From: Longimicrobiales bacterium
GTDB taxonomy: Bacteria; Gemmatimonadota; Gemmatimonadetes; Longimicrobiales; Gaopeijiaceae
Assembly (NCBI GenBank): GCA_965203485.1
Contig: OZ241892.1
Coordinates: 2,912,001 to 2,976,000 of the forward strand
Length of the DNA: 64,000 bases
Reading direction: 5' to 3'
Made by a program: the position numbers and the translations under genes. Positions 1 to 9,528 of the stretch are shown here, in pieces (position 1 is the first letter of the stretch; each line of letters starts with the position of its first letter). A model generated the notes under the pieces. It was not told the origin of the DNA, searched no databases, and worked only from the letters and a program-made list of their open reading frames with translations.

Positions 1-538
1 CCAGCCGCTCGCGCGCCCGTCGGAGGCTGCGCGCAACCGTCTCCTCGGCTAGGGCAGGATCCAGCAAGTCGCCGACCCGCACGCCCCGCCGCCCGGTCTT
101 GTCTTCGTAGGCGGGGCCGATGCCGCGCCCGGTGGTCCCGATCTTCCGCTTCGCGCGGGTCTCGATCGCCGCGTCCAGCGCGCGGTGATGCGCGAAGACC
201 ACGTGCGCCCGGGTGCTGACGCCGATCCTGCCCCGCACCTCGACGCCGCGTTCCGCCAACTGGTCGCACTCGCTGAAGAACCGGGCCAGGTCCACCACGA
301 CGCCGTTGCCCAGCAAGCAGCGCTTGCCCGCGTGGAGGATGCCCGACGGCACTTGGTGCAACACGAACTCGTGGTCGCCGACGTGCACCGTGTGCCCCGC
401 GTTGGCCCCGCCTTGGTAGCGCGCGATCACGTCCGCGTCCTCGGCGAACACGTCCACGACCTTTCCCTTGCCCTCGTCGCCCCACTGGCACCCCACGACG
501 ACGGTGCAGGCGCCAACCGCGGAAGAAGCTTCGCTCAA
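1..538 (-). CDS. purA: Adenylosuccinate synthetase, N-terminal part (runs off the window start)
   Basis: Manual translation of the minus strand gives CTVVVGCQWGDEGKGKVVDVFAEDADVIARYQGGANAGHTV...LHQVPSGI...IGTTGRGIGPAYEDK, the PurA signatures. Probable TTG start at 538. Confidence 0.95.
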   Translation of the reverse strand, partial: MSEASSAVGACTVVVGCQWGDEGKGKVVDVFAEDADVIARYQGGANAGHTVHVGDHEFVLHQVPSGILHAGKRCLLGNGVVVDLARFFSECDQLAERGVEVRGRIGVSTRAHVVFAHHRALDAAIETRAKRKIGTTGRGIGPAYEDKTGRRGVRVGDLLDPALAEETVARSLRRARERL

Positions 539-638
539 AGGACGGCAGACCGCCTTGGCGCCCGCCCGGGACGGGGAACCGCCCGGGGAGCAGTGAGCCG
601 CCGGCGCCTGGGACGGCCTACGTCGACCCGTCTTCCGC

Positions 639-1550
639 TCACGAACGGGCCGGCGGCGCCAGTCCCGCAGCGGCCAGCAGCGCGGCCAGGTCGCCCGCGC
701 GCTTTTCGGGAAGGGGCCGAAGCGGCAGGCGCGGCGCGCCCCCCCGGCAACCCAGCATGTCGAGCGCGCGCTTCACGCCCGGCACCCCCATCCCGCCGAC
801 GATCCCGTCGTGCAGCGGAGCCACGATTTCCTGCGCCGCGCCTGCGCCCTTCGCGTCGCCCGCCCGGAACCGCTCGTAGATGCGGACGCATTCCCGCGGC
901 GCCACATTGGCCACGCCCAGGATTCCGCCCGCGGCGCCCACTTCCAAGGCGGCGTACAGCAGGCTGCCGCTGCCCACGATCACCTGAAAGGCGGGCGCCG
1001 TGCTCGTCACCAGCTCGCCCACCAGCTCCAGCTTGCCGCGCGAGTCCTTGATGCCCACGACGTTCTCGTGCTTCGACAGCTCCGCCACCAGCCCGGACGG
1101 GAAGTCGAGCGTGCTGAGCCGCGTGGGCACCTGGTAGACGACGACCGGCGCCCTCGACGCGTCCGCTACGGCTTCGTAGTGGTCGCGCAGGACTTCGGGC
1201 GTCATCGCGCCCTTGTAGAACGCAGGCGGCTGGACGAGGACCGCGTCGCATCCCAGGTCGGCCGCCTTTTTCGACAGGCGCAGCGTGGCGCGCAGCGATT
1301 CGGCGCCCGTGCCGCCGACCAGCAGCTTGGCTGGGGCAGTCCGCCGGCAGACGTCCCACGCGGCGCAACGTTCGTCTTCGTCCAGGAGCACGGCTTCGCC
1401 CGTGGAACCACCGATCACGAAGCCTCGCACGCCCGTCTCCGCCCACTTGCCGACGTTTTCGCTGAGCGCGCCCAAGTCGACGTCGCCCGTCGTCGAGTCG
1501 AACGGCGTGGCCGCAGGAACCAAGACCCCGCCCAGGTCCACGGCGCTCAC
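639..1550 (-). CDS. DapA/dihydrodipicolinate synthase family aldolase
   Basis: TPF, GGSTGE, VYQVP and VVGIKDS (Schiff-base Lys) motifs. GTG start at 1550 preferred; the ORF extends to 1598. Confidence 0.88.
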   Translation of the reverse strand: MSAVDLGGVLVPAATPFDSTTGDVDLGALSENVGKWAETGVRGFVIGGSTGEAVLLDEDERCAAWDVCRRTAPAKLLVGGTGAESLRATLRLSKKAADLGCDAVLVQPPAFYKGAMTPEVLRDHYEAVADASRAPVVVYQVPTRLSTLDFPSGLVAELSKHENVVGIKDSRGKLELVGELVTSTAPAFQVIVGSGSLLYAALEVGAAGGILGVANVAPRECVRIYERFRAGDAKGAGAAQEIVAPLHDGIVGGMGVPGVKRALDMLGCRGGAPRLPLRPLPEKRAGDLAALLAAAGLAPPARS

Positions 1551-1614
1551 GACGCCAGTCTTCCGGGCGGCGATCCCCGTCCGGGATCCCGGCCGCAACC
1601 GCTGCCCGCGCCGT

Positions 1615-2820
1615 CTACGACCCGGCTCCGGAGGGCGGCGGCGCGATTCCGGAGGGCGGCGTCGTGCACAGCCCCGTCTTCTCCCTCACGAGCGCGAGGG
1701 TCTCGGCGGCCATGACCCGCGCGCGTCCGGCCATCTCCGCGATCAGTTCGTCCAGGCCGGCGCCGCGGCGGAGCACGTCGGCCCGGCGGTCGCGCATCTC
1801 GGCGGCAAGCGCGACGAGCGCGTCGGCGGCAAGCGCCTTGAGGTCGGAGTAGCGAAGCGAGCCCGCGGACCAGTCCTCGCGCATCTGCTTGGCGTCCTCC
1901 TCTCTGCCCGCCGCCTCCAGCATCACGAGCAGGTTCTGGACGCCGGGGCTGGGCGGCTGTCCGGCGGCGGGCGGCGCGCCCGAGTCGGTGACCGCGGAGC
2001 GAATCTTGGCGCGAATGGAGTTCTCTTCCTCGAAAAGGCCGACGTAGTGCCGGGGCCCCAGGCTCTTGCTCATCTTGCGGGCCGGATCTGCGGGAGACAG
2101 CAGCTTGGGCACCGGGGTATGCAGCGTCTCCGGCTCCGGAAAGACGTGGCCGAAGCGGGAATTGAAGCGGCGCGCAAGTCCCCGGCTGAGCTCGAGGTGC
2201 TGCGACTGGTCCTGGCCGACGGGAACCAGCGCCGCGCGGTAGGCGAGGATGTCGGCCGCCTGCAGCACCGGGTAGAAGAGCAGACCCGACGAAACGAAGC
2301 CGCCGTCCTCGCGCCCGGGTTGGGCGGTGCGGCGCGGCGCGGCGGCATCGGAGACCCGCACGCCGTCGCCGTCCAGCGCGCCCGACTTCTCGCCGTCCAG
2401 CGCGCCCGACTTCTCCTTGAACTGGGTCATGCGGCCCAGGTCGCCCAGCGACGCCAGCGTCGCCAGCACCCAGCACAGTTCGGTGTGCTCGGGGACGCTG
2501 GACTGGACAAACACGGTGGCCTTGTCCGGATCTATGCCCGCGGCGAGAAGAGCGACGAACATTTCGCGCGACGAGCGGCGCAGCTCGGCGGGATCGTAGC
2601 GCGTCGTCATGGCGTGCAGGTCCACCACGCAGTAGACGGCGTCGTGCTCGTCCTGGAGGCGCACCCAGTTCTTCACTGCGCCGAAGTAGTTGCCGATCGT
2701 CATGACGGCGGTCGGCTGAATGCCGGAAAAGACCCGCTTGCGGCGGGGCGGATCGGCGTCCGCGGTCGGCTCGCGCCGGGGCGGCGTCCCGCTGCATGCG
2801 GGCTTGGGCTGTGCGTCCAT
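1615..2820 (-). CDS. trpS: Tryptophanyl-tRNA synthetase
   Basis: FSGIQPT, TIGN (HIGH variant), VVDLHAMT, RMTQFKEK, YPVLQAADIL, VPVGQDQSQHLEL and KMSKS. Confidence 0.96.
   Translation of the reverse strand: MDAQPKPACSGTPPRREPTADADPPRRKRVFSGIQPTAVMTIGNYFGAVKNWVRLQDEHDAVYCVVDLHAMTTRYDPAELRRSSREMFVALLAAGIDPDKATVFVQSSVPEHTELCWVLATLASLGDLGRMTQFKEKSGALDGEKSGALDGDGVRVSDAAAPRRTAQPGREDGGFVSSGLLFYPVLQAADILAYRAALVPVGQDQSQHLELSRGLARRFNSRFGHVFPEPETLHTPVPKLLSPADPARKMSKSLGPRHYVGLFEEENSIRAKIRSAVTDSGAPPAAGQPPSPGVQNLLVMLEAAGREEDAKQMREDWSAGSLRYSDLKALAADALVALAAEMRDRRADVLRRGAGLDELIAEMAGRARVMAAETLALVREKTGLCTTPPSGIAPPPSGAGS
2367..2414. repeat. Perfect 24-nt tandem duplication inside trpS (EKSGALDG x2)
   Basis: cgccgtccagcgcgcccgacttct at 2367-2390 and again at 2391-2414. 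Confidence 0.95.
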
Positions 2821-2835
2821 GATCCCTCGGATGCC

Positions 2836-5673
2836 CTATCCGCCCTGCTCCAGCAACGCGTTGAAGAGAAACTTGAACGTGCCGTGCGTCTGCGCCCGGT
2901 GTTGCGCGCGGAAGCCGATCATCACGATTTCGCCCTCGCCGTGACGCACGGCCACCATGGCCGCCTTGTCGGCGATCGCTTCTTCGCCGAGCAACCAGCC
3001 GCTCTGCAGAATGTCGCGGCTCCGGTAGACGGCGACCCGGCGGACGCCCGCGCTGCGAGGTCCGGGGATCGTCTCGTAGACTTGCCCGCCCGCCAAGTAG
3101 GCCACGAGCGCGTCCGCTGGCATTCCGTAGGCCAGCGGGTCCGACGCGTCCACCTTCACCTTCAGGGTCGAGCCCGGGGCCCAGAACTCGGCGCCCCACA
3201 TGCCCTGGACGGCATCGCGCACGGGCACGTCGAACTCGTCGAGCACGAGCCGACCCGCCTGGGCGAAGGTGACGAGGGTGCCGCCTCCGCGCACGAAGGC
3301 GTCGAGCGCTTCGACGCCCGCGCGGCCAAAGCCGCTCCGGTACTCGGGAGGCGTGCTTGCCGGGTCGGGTCCTCGTCCGCCGGCCGGCCTCCCCTCGGGA
3401 CCGAGCATCATCTGCTTGGAGTCGGCCGGCAGGATGACGACGTCGAAGTCGTCGCCGAGTTCGTCGCCCACGATGTCGTCGTCGAGCAGGCTGGCGTAGG
3501 GGAAGGCGAAGTCCTCCAGGAGCCAGCGCGTCCAGCCTTCGTCCATGTTGCCGCCGTAGTAGCGCTTGTACATGCCGATGCGGCGGCGGCGCACCGGCCG
3601 GCCGGCGTCTTCCGCGTTCCCCGCAAACGCCGCGAAGTCCACGCCGGCAGTCTCCGCAATGTCGCGAAGCGTGCTCTCGGGAGCACGTGCGTCCACGATG
3701 AAGTCGCCCGTCCGGATTCCGCCGGCTTGCGGACGCGCGCCGCCGTCGTCCGATCCGCCTGCGCGCGGCCCAACTCCGCCGCCGGACGGGCTCGCGGACG
3801 GGGCGTCCAAGGCCGCGGTCGGACCGTCGGCGCCGCCCGGAGCCGCCCCGGCGCGCCGCACGCCCACGCCGGCGTCCAGGAGCAGGTTGACGGCCTTGAA
3901 GGCGTCGTTCTGGCGTCCATCCAGCACAAAGCCGCCCAATGCGTTCGCGCTGGCGTACCCTGCACCGCCCCCAGCGCCCGGCTCGCCCGCCGGACTGCTT
4001 GCGACCACTCCGGCGCGGGCCTGCGCCTCGCTCACCATCCGCAACCCGGCGGCGGACGCGTCCACAGGCCGGCGCGCCGCGTCCACCCGCACGCCCATGA
4101 ACTCCGCGATCACGTCCGCCGACATGTCGTACGGACGTATGGGATCGCCCCCGGCCGTGCGCGTGTAGCTGTTGTCCGGGTAGTTTGTCCGGCCCAGCAG
4201 CCAACGGACGACGCCGCGCTTGGGCTGCGCCATGGACACGACGTAGCTGCCCTCGTCGTAGGTTCGCCCATCGTGCGCGAAGGGAACGCCGGCCCGTTCC
4301 ACCTGGATGCCTTGCAGCAACAGCTTGTCCACCATCTTGCGCATGGTCCGCGGGTCGTGCTGTTCGGCAGGAATCACATAGGCTTTGACGTCGCCCTGCT
4401 CGCCGCGCCGGACTTGGCGGCTGGCCTTGTTGTAGGCGTTGCGCAGAACGGTTTCGCGGTTTTGGGCGGCGATCTCGAGAGGAGAGAACGTCGCCGCGAT
4501 CTGCCGGTCGACGATGTCGCGGACCCGCCACCAGCCGCCGGGCCAGGGATTGGGGAACGTGGTCTGCGCCTCGTACTCGGGCAACTGGCGAGAACCGCGC
4601 AGCTGGTCCGGGTGGACGTACAGGGGCGTGGCCAGCCGGGCGCTCGCCGCCTCCGTGAGCATTCCGGCGATGTTGTGGAAGGGCGTGATCCAGTGGAAGC
4701 CGAAGTGGCCCCAGCCCGAGTAGATCGCTGCGTTGACGGTGCCCTGGAAGCCCTCTTCCTCCATGCGGTACGCCATGTGCGCGCCGTACCAAGCCATCTC
4801 GCGCCAGACCAGCGGATCGGCCTCCGGGCGGATCGGCTCCGCGTAGGGAGGCAGATAGATGCGGGCGGTGTAGGCGCCCATCTGATGGTGGTCGATGTAC
4901 GCCTGCGGGACCCATTCCCGAAACAGGATCCGAGCGCCGTAGCGCGACTCGACCGTGTTCTGCATGAAGGCGTCGCGGTTGTTGTCGTGGCCGATGTAGT
5001 GATGGTACAGCTCGGGCGGGGACGCGCCTTCGTACTCGGTGCCGGCCCAGCGGTCGTACCACTCGTTGACGATGCCGACGCCGTCGGGGTTGAACGCCGG
5101 AATCAGGATGGAGACCGTGTTGTCCAGGATCGCGGCGATTTCGGCGTCGTCTCGGGTCGCGAACAGATATGCGATCTCGGCCGCCGACTGGCTGCCCGCG
5201 ACTTCGGTCGAGTGAAGCGCATAGGACTGCACGAAGACGACCTTGCCGTCCTCCACGGCGCGGTCGATCTCGGCCTCGGAACGGCCGCGCGGGTCTTGCA
5301 GGACGGCGTTCAGCCGCTGCAACTCGTCGAGGTTGGCCAGGTTCTCGGGCGAGGACGCGAAGAGGATCAGGAACGGAGCGCCCAGGGTGGACGGTCCCAT
5401 GTGCACGACCTCGACGCGGTCGCTCTCCCTGCCGATCAGCTCGTAGTAGGCGACGAGCCGGTCCCAGCGGGCGAGCTTGCGGTCGGCGCCCATGCGGTGG
5501 CCGAAGAACTCCTCGGGCGACGGAATGGCCTGGCGGGCCTCGGCTTGGAGAGCGTCGGCCTGGACCGCGGCCAAGCCGGCGGGAAGCGCGGCCGAAAGCG
5601 CGGAGACGGCGAAGACGAGCGCCGCGCCGAGGGCCGGGACGGCGTGCCGGGGGCGGATGGACTCGCGGGTCAC
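2836..5673 (-). CDS. Secreted M14-family zinc carboxypeptidase with a C-terminal GATase-like domain (~945 aa)
   Basis: Signal-peptide-like N-terminus, HSTE (HxxE), NPDG, HDNNRD, DHHQM, MDEGWTRW. The GTG start overlaps the sdhB stop (GTGA). The track ORF to 6261 is over-extended. Confidence 0.85.
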   Translation of the reverse strand: MTRESIRPRHAVPALGAALVFAVSALSAALPAGLAAVQADALQAEARQAIPSPEEFFGHRMGADRKLARWDRLVAYYELIGRESDRVEVVHMGPSTLGAPFLILFASSPENLANLDELQRLNAVLQDPRGRSEAEIDRAVEDGKVVFVQSYALHSTEVAGSQSAAEIAYLFATRDDAEIAAILDNTVSILIPAFNPDGVGIVNEWYDRWAGTEYEGASPPELYHHYIGHDNNRDAFMQNTVESRYGARILFREWVPQAYIDHHQMGAYTARIYLPPYAEPIRPEADPLVWREMAWYGAHMAYRMEEEGFQGTVNAAIYSGWGHFGFHWITPFHNIAGMLTEAASARLATPLYVHPDQLRGSRQLPEYEAQTTFPNPWPGGWWRVRDIVDRQIAATFSPLEIAAQNRETVLRNAYNKASRQVRRGEQGDVKAYVIPAEQHDPRTMRKMVDKLLLQGIQVERAGVPFAHDGRTYDEGSYVVSMAQPKRGVVRWLLGRTNYPDNSYTRTAGGDPIRPYDMSADVIAEFMGVRVDAARRPVDASAAGLRMVSEAQARAGVVASSPAGEPGAGGGAGYASANALGGFVLDGRQNDAFKAVNLLLDAGVGVRRAGAAPGGADGPTAALDAPSASPSGGGVGPRAGGSDDGGARPQAGGIRTGDFIVDARAPESTLRDIAETAGVDFAAFAGNAEDAGRPVRRRRIGMYKRYYGGNMDEGWTRWLLEDFAFPYASLLDDDIVGDELGDDFDVVILPADSKQMMLGPEGRPAGGRGPDPASTPPEYRSGFGRAGVEALDAFVRGGGTLVTFAQAGRLVLDEFDVPVRDAVQGMWGAEFWAPGSTLKVKVDASDPLAYGMPADALVAYLAGGQVYETIPGPRSAGVRRVAVYRSRDILQSGWLLGEEAIADKAAMVAVRHGEGEIVMIGFRAQHRAQTHGTFKFLFNALLEQGG

Positions 5674-6428
5674 TTCGCGCCTCCCAGGCCGATCACCTTG
5701 AGCAGCTTGGCGACGGGGTCGTAGTAGCGGTCCGCGACGCGTTCCTTGAGGGGGATGATGGCGTTGTCGGTGATGGTGATGTGCTCCGGGCAGACGACGG
5801 TGCAGCACTTGGTGATGTTGCAGTAGCCCACGCCGTCGCGTTCCTTCAAGTCGGCGAGGCGGTCCTCGGCGTCGGCAGGATGCATGTCGAGATAGGCCGC
5901 GTGCACGAAGAAGCGGGGGCCGATGAACTTGCCTTCGAGGTGATAGTGGTGGTCCCGGTCCACGTGGCAGACGTCCTGGCACAGAAAGCATTCGATGCAC
6001 TTGCGGAACTCCTGGGACCGCTCCACGTCGGCTTGGTGCATCGTCCAGGTGCCGTCTTCCCGGTCCGGCGGGCGCGGCTTGAACGGCTTGACGCGCTTCT
6101 TGATCTCGTAGTTCACGCTCACGTCGGTCACCAAGTCCCTCTCCACCGGAAACGCCTGCATCGGCTCCACGGTGACGGGACGGTCGACCGGCAAGGTGTT
6201 CATGCGCGTCATGCACATCAGCTTGGGCTGGCCGTTGACTTCTGCGGAGCACGACCCGCACTTGCCCGCCTTGCAGTTCCAGCGCACGGCCAAGTCGTTG
6301 GCCTGCTCGGCCTGGATCTTGTGCACCACGTCGAGCACGACCATCCCCTCCGAGTATTCCGTCTCGTAGGTCCGAAGGCCGCCGCCCTGCGAGTCGCCCC
6401 GCCAGATCTTGAACGTAGTCTTGAGCAT
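5670..6428 (-). CDS. sdhB: Succinate dehydrogenase/fumarate reductase Fe-S subunit
   Basis: WNCKAGKCGSC, CIECFLCQDVC, CNITKCCTVVCP. ATG at 6428 overlaps the sdhA stop (TGATG). Confidence 0.93.
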   Translation of the reverse strand: MLKTTFKIWRGDSQGGGLRTYETEYSEGMVVLDVVHKIQAEQANDLAVRWNCKAGKCGSCSAEVNGQPKLMCMTRMNTLPVDRPVTVEPMQAFPVERDLVTDVSVNYEIKKRVKPFKPRPPDREDGTWTMHQADVERSQEFRKCIECFLCQDVCHVDRDHHYHLEGKFIGPRFFVHAAYLDMHPADAEDRLADLKERDGVGYCNITKCCTVVCPEHITITDNAIIPLKERVADRYYDPVAKLLKVIGLGGAK

Positions 6429-8242
6429 CAGCCTTGCTCCTCGATGATCTTCGCCAGTCTCTCGGGTACGGGTTCGATGTCTTCCCGGCGAATCCGCATC
6501 GAGCCGTCGTCCGCCTTCTCGACGATCAGGTTCGCCTTGCCCCAGCCGGGGTCCTTCTCTTGATAGTCGTTTCGCGTGTGGGCGCCGCGGCTTTCCTTGC
6601 GTTCCCGGGCCGCAAGCGCGACCGCTTCGGACACCGTGAGCAGCGGCTCCAAGTCCAAGGCCGTGTGCCAGCCCGAGTTCCACTCGCGGTTGCCGTGCAC
6701 CTTGACCTTGGCGGCGCGGTTCCGCAGGTCCGACAGCGCTTCCACGGCTTCTCCCAACTCCGCTTCGTCGCGAATGATGCCGACCTTGTCCTGCATCATG
6801 TCCTGCAACGCCTGCTGGAGCTGGAAGGGTCCCTCGCCGGAGTCGTCGCGGTCGAAGGGAGCTAGGGCGTCGGCCGCCGCGGTTTCCACGTCCGCCTCGG
6901 ACACGGACGCAGTTCCCGCCGACTTCGCGTATTCGGCGGCGTTCTCCCCGGCCAGCTTCCCGAACACCACCAAGTCCGACAGCGAGTTGCCCCCTAGCCG
7001 GTTGGCGCCGTGCAGTCCCGTGGCGCACTCTCCCGCCGCATAGAGTCCCGGCACGTTCGTCGCCTGGCTGTCGGAATCGACCCGCACGCCACCCATGGCG
7101 TAGTGCGTCGTGGGGCCCACCTCCATCGGCTCCTCGGTAATGTCGAGATCCGCGAGTTGCTTGAACTGGTGGTACATCGACGGCAGCTTGCGCTTGATGT
7201 GTTCGGCCCCGCCTTGCACCCTGTCCTTGATCCAGGCGATGTCCAGGAACGCGCCGCCGTGCGGACTGCCCCGGCCGGCCTTGACCTCGGCCAGAATCAT
7301 GCGCGCCACGTGGTCGCGCGTCAGCAGCTCGGGCGGCCTGCGGGCGTCGCGGTCGCCCGTCACGTAGCGCCAGCCCTCTTCCGCGTCGTCGGCCACCAAT
7401 TCCTTGTACAGCTCGGGAATGTTGTCGAACATGAAGCGCGCGCCTTCGCTGTTGGTGAGCACGCCTCCTTCGCCGCGCACGCCTTCCGTGACCAGGATGC
7501 CCCTCACCGAGGGCGGCCAGACCATCCCCGTCGGATGGAACTGCACGAACTCCATGTCCTTGAGCTGCGCGCCCGCATGGTACGCCAGGGACATTCCATC
7601 GCCCGTGCACTCCCACGAGTTGGACGTGATCTTGTACGCCTTGCCCAAGCCGCCCGTGGCCACGACGACGGCCGGCGCCTTGAAGATCCGGAACCGCCCG
7701 CGCTCCCGGTCGTAGCCGAAGGCGCCGGCGACGCGTTCGCCGTCCTTGAACAGGGTGGTGATCGTGATCTCCATGTGGACGGTCATGCCCTGGTGGACGC
7801 CGTGGTCCTGAAGCGTGCGAATCATCTCGAGCCCCGTGCGGTCGCCCACGTGGGCCAGCCGCGGATACGCGTGTCCGCCGAAGTTGCGCTGCAGGATGCG
7901 CCCGTCCTGCGTGCGGTCGAACAGTGCGCCCCACGCCTCCAGCTCGTTCACACGCTCGGGCGACTCCATGGCGTGAACTTCCGCCATCCGCCACTGGTTC
8001 AGGTACTGGCCGCCGCGCATCGTGTCGGCGAAGTGCACTTGCCACCCGTCGCGCTCGTCCACGTTGGCCAGCGCCGCGGCCATGCCGCCCTCGGCCATCA
8101 CCGTGTGCGCCTTGCCCAGCAGCGACTTGCACACCAGTCCCACCCGCACGCCCGCCGCCGAAGCCTCTATCGCCGCCCGCAGTCCGGCGCCGCCCGCGCC
8201 CACCACGAGCACGTCGTACTCGTGAGTCTCGTAGCCGGCCAT
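6428..8242 (-). CDS. sdhA: Succinate dehydrogenase/fumarate reductase flavoprotein
   Basis: VVGAGGAGLRAA, KAHTVMAEGG, QFHPT, EGVRGEGG, HYAMGG, HGANRLGGNSL, ESRGAH. Confidence 0.95.
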   Translation of the reverse strand: MAGYETHEYDVLVVGAGGAGLRAAIEASAAGVRVGLVCKSLLGKAHTVMAEGGMAAALANVDERDGWQVHFADTMRGGQYLNQWRMAEVHAMESPERVNELEAWGALFDRTQDGRILQRNFGGHAYPRLAHVGDRTGLEMIRTLQDHGVHQGMTVHMEITITTLFKDGERVAGAFGYDRERGRFRIFKAPAVVVATGGLGKAYKITSNSWECTGDGMSLAYHAGAQLKDMEFVQFHPTGMVWPPSVRGILVTEGVRGEGGVLTNSEGARFMFDNIPELYKELVADDAEEGWRYVTGDRDARRPPELLTRDHVARMILAEVKAGRGSPHGGAFLDIAWIKDRVQGGAEHIKRKLPSMYHQFKQLADLDITEEPMEVGPTTHYAMGGVRVDSDSQATNVPGLYAAGECATGLHGANRLGGNSLSDLVVFGKLAGENAAEYAKSAGTASVSEADVETAAADALAPFDRDDSGEGPFQLQQALQDMMQDKVGIIRDEAELGEAVEALSDLRNRAAKVKVHGNREWNSGWHTALDLEPLLTVSEAVALAARERKESRGAHTRNDYQEKDPGWGKANLIVEKADDGSMRIRREDIEPVPERLAKIIEEQG

Positions 8243-8243
8243 C

Positions 8244-9083
8244 TCAGAGAATCCTCACGTCGGCCCATATGCCCATGGAGCACATGCGCACGTAGAAGTC
8301 GGTGAAGCCGACCCAGAACAGGCTCAGCCAAGCGAAGAGCTGGTGGCGCTCGTTGCACCAAGTGACGCCCTTCCATGTCTTGAGCCGGCCCGGACGCCGC
8401 GCCAGCAGGTTGAGCTTGCCGCCCACGAGGTGCCGCAGCGAGTGGCAACCGAAGGTGTATCCCGACAGCAACACGACGTTGACGAGCAGGACCAGCGTGC
8501 CCACGCCGATCCCGAACTCGTCGTGGCCCGGCCCGAACCAGAGCCCGCGGTACACGTCGATGGACAGCACCACCAGGAAGGCCAGCGCGAAGTAGAGGAA
8601 ATAGCGATGAAGGTTCTGAAGGATCAGCGGAAAGCGCTGCTCGCCCCGGTATCCCTTCTGCGCCTTGCCCACGCCGCAACTGGCCGGCGACGCCCAATGA
8701 GACTTGTAGTACGCGCCCCGATAGTAGTAGCAGGTGAAGCGGAAGCCGCCGGGCGCCCAGAGGATCAGAAAGGCTGGGTAGAGCGGCAACCACGCGGGCC
8801 ACCAGCCCGGCTGCGCTCCGAAAACGGCGTGCGGGGAGGCTCCGCCCGCGCCGCCCGGATCGAAGAAGAGCGGCGAGTACATCGGCGACAGGTACCCCTC
8901 GAACTCAAAGTGCGCGTTCTGGAGGGCCGCCCACGTCGAGTAGACGATGAAGGCGGTGAGCCCGAGCAGGACGGCAACCGGCTTGGTCCACCAGCGGTCG
9001 GTGCGGGCCGTCTGCAGGAAGGGGCGGCGGGGAACGGTTGGAAGGGGCAGAGCCTCGGCGCGGGTTGCGGGGTCGGCGCTCAT
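8244..9083 (-). CDS. Succinate dehydrogenase membrane anchor, mycobacterial Sdh1 (Rv0249c)-like
   Basis: Multi-TM protein heading the sdhAB operon, with RFTCYYYR, NLHRYF, FGCHSLRH and NERHQ motifs. Confidence 0.8.
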   Translation of the reverse strand: MSADPATRAEALPLPTVPRRPFLQTARTDRWWTKPVAVLLGLTAFIVYSTWAALQNAHFEFEGYLSPMYSPLFFDPGGAGGASPHAVFGAQPGWWPAWLPLYPAFLILWAPGGFRFTCYYYRGAYYKSHWASPASCGVGKAQKGYRGEQRFPLILQNLHRYFLYFALAFLVVLSIDVYRGLWFGPGHDEFGIGVGTLVLLVNVVLLSGYTFGCHSLRHLVGGKLNLLARRPGRLKTWKGVTWCNERHQLFAWLSLFWVGFTDFYVRMCSMGIWADVRIL

Positions 9084-9528
9084 GGGGCGGGCGTCGCGGC
9101 CGGCCTATGGACGCTGGGAATGTGCACGGTCTCTCCTGTCTGGCCCGGAGGAGCTCAAGGCGCGTTTCCGGCCCCGCGGCATGGTCGGCGGCGTGCCGGG
9201 GCCCAGCGTGACCGCGAGGCAACCGGAGCAAGGCGCGAACCGAAGGCGCGCGGGAACGCGAGAAGCCGAGGGAACATCGGCTACGAGGGCGGTGTTCGCA
9301 AGGACGGCGCGGCGTTGCCGACGGCCGCGGCAACTCCGCGTCGCCACCACCAGAGCGTCTCGGCGAGCCGCCCCAGCAGGAGAGTCCCGGCATCCCGGTC
9401 GTCCTTGCCGGGCGACGAATGCTGTCCTGTTCAGCCATGTAGACGCCCCGCCAACGGCGCGACCTTCCCTCGGACCTGCCTGTGGGACCGCCGAATCGGC
9501 GGCGCGCCCCGGGAACCGAGGAACGGCC

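Noticed and set aside
5670..8132. 820-aa ORF suggesting an SdhB fusion, and the 1141-aa peptidase ORF
   Set aside because: Upstream extensions are off-frame read-through of neighbouring genes. The real starts at 6428 and 5673 overlap upstream stops.
185..9083. Long plus-strand ORFs (e.g. 1285-5724, 7010-8305) and Arg/Pro-rich alternative-frame ORFs
   Set aside because: Shadow ORFs of high-GC minus-strand genes; they carry no motifs.
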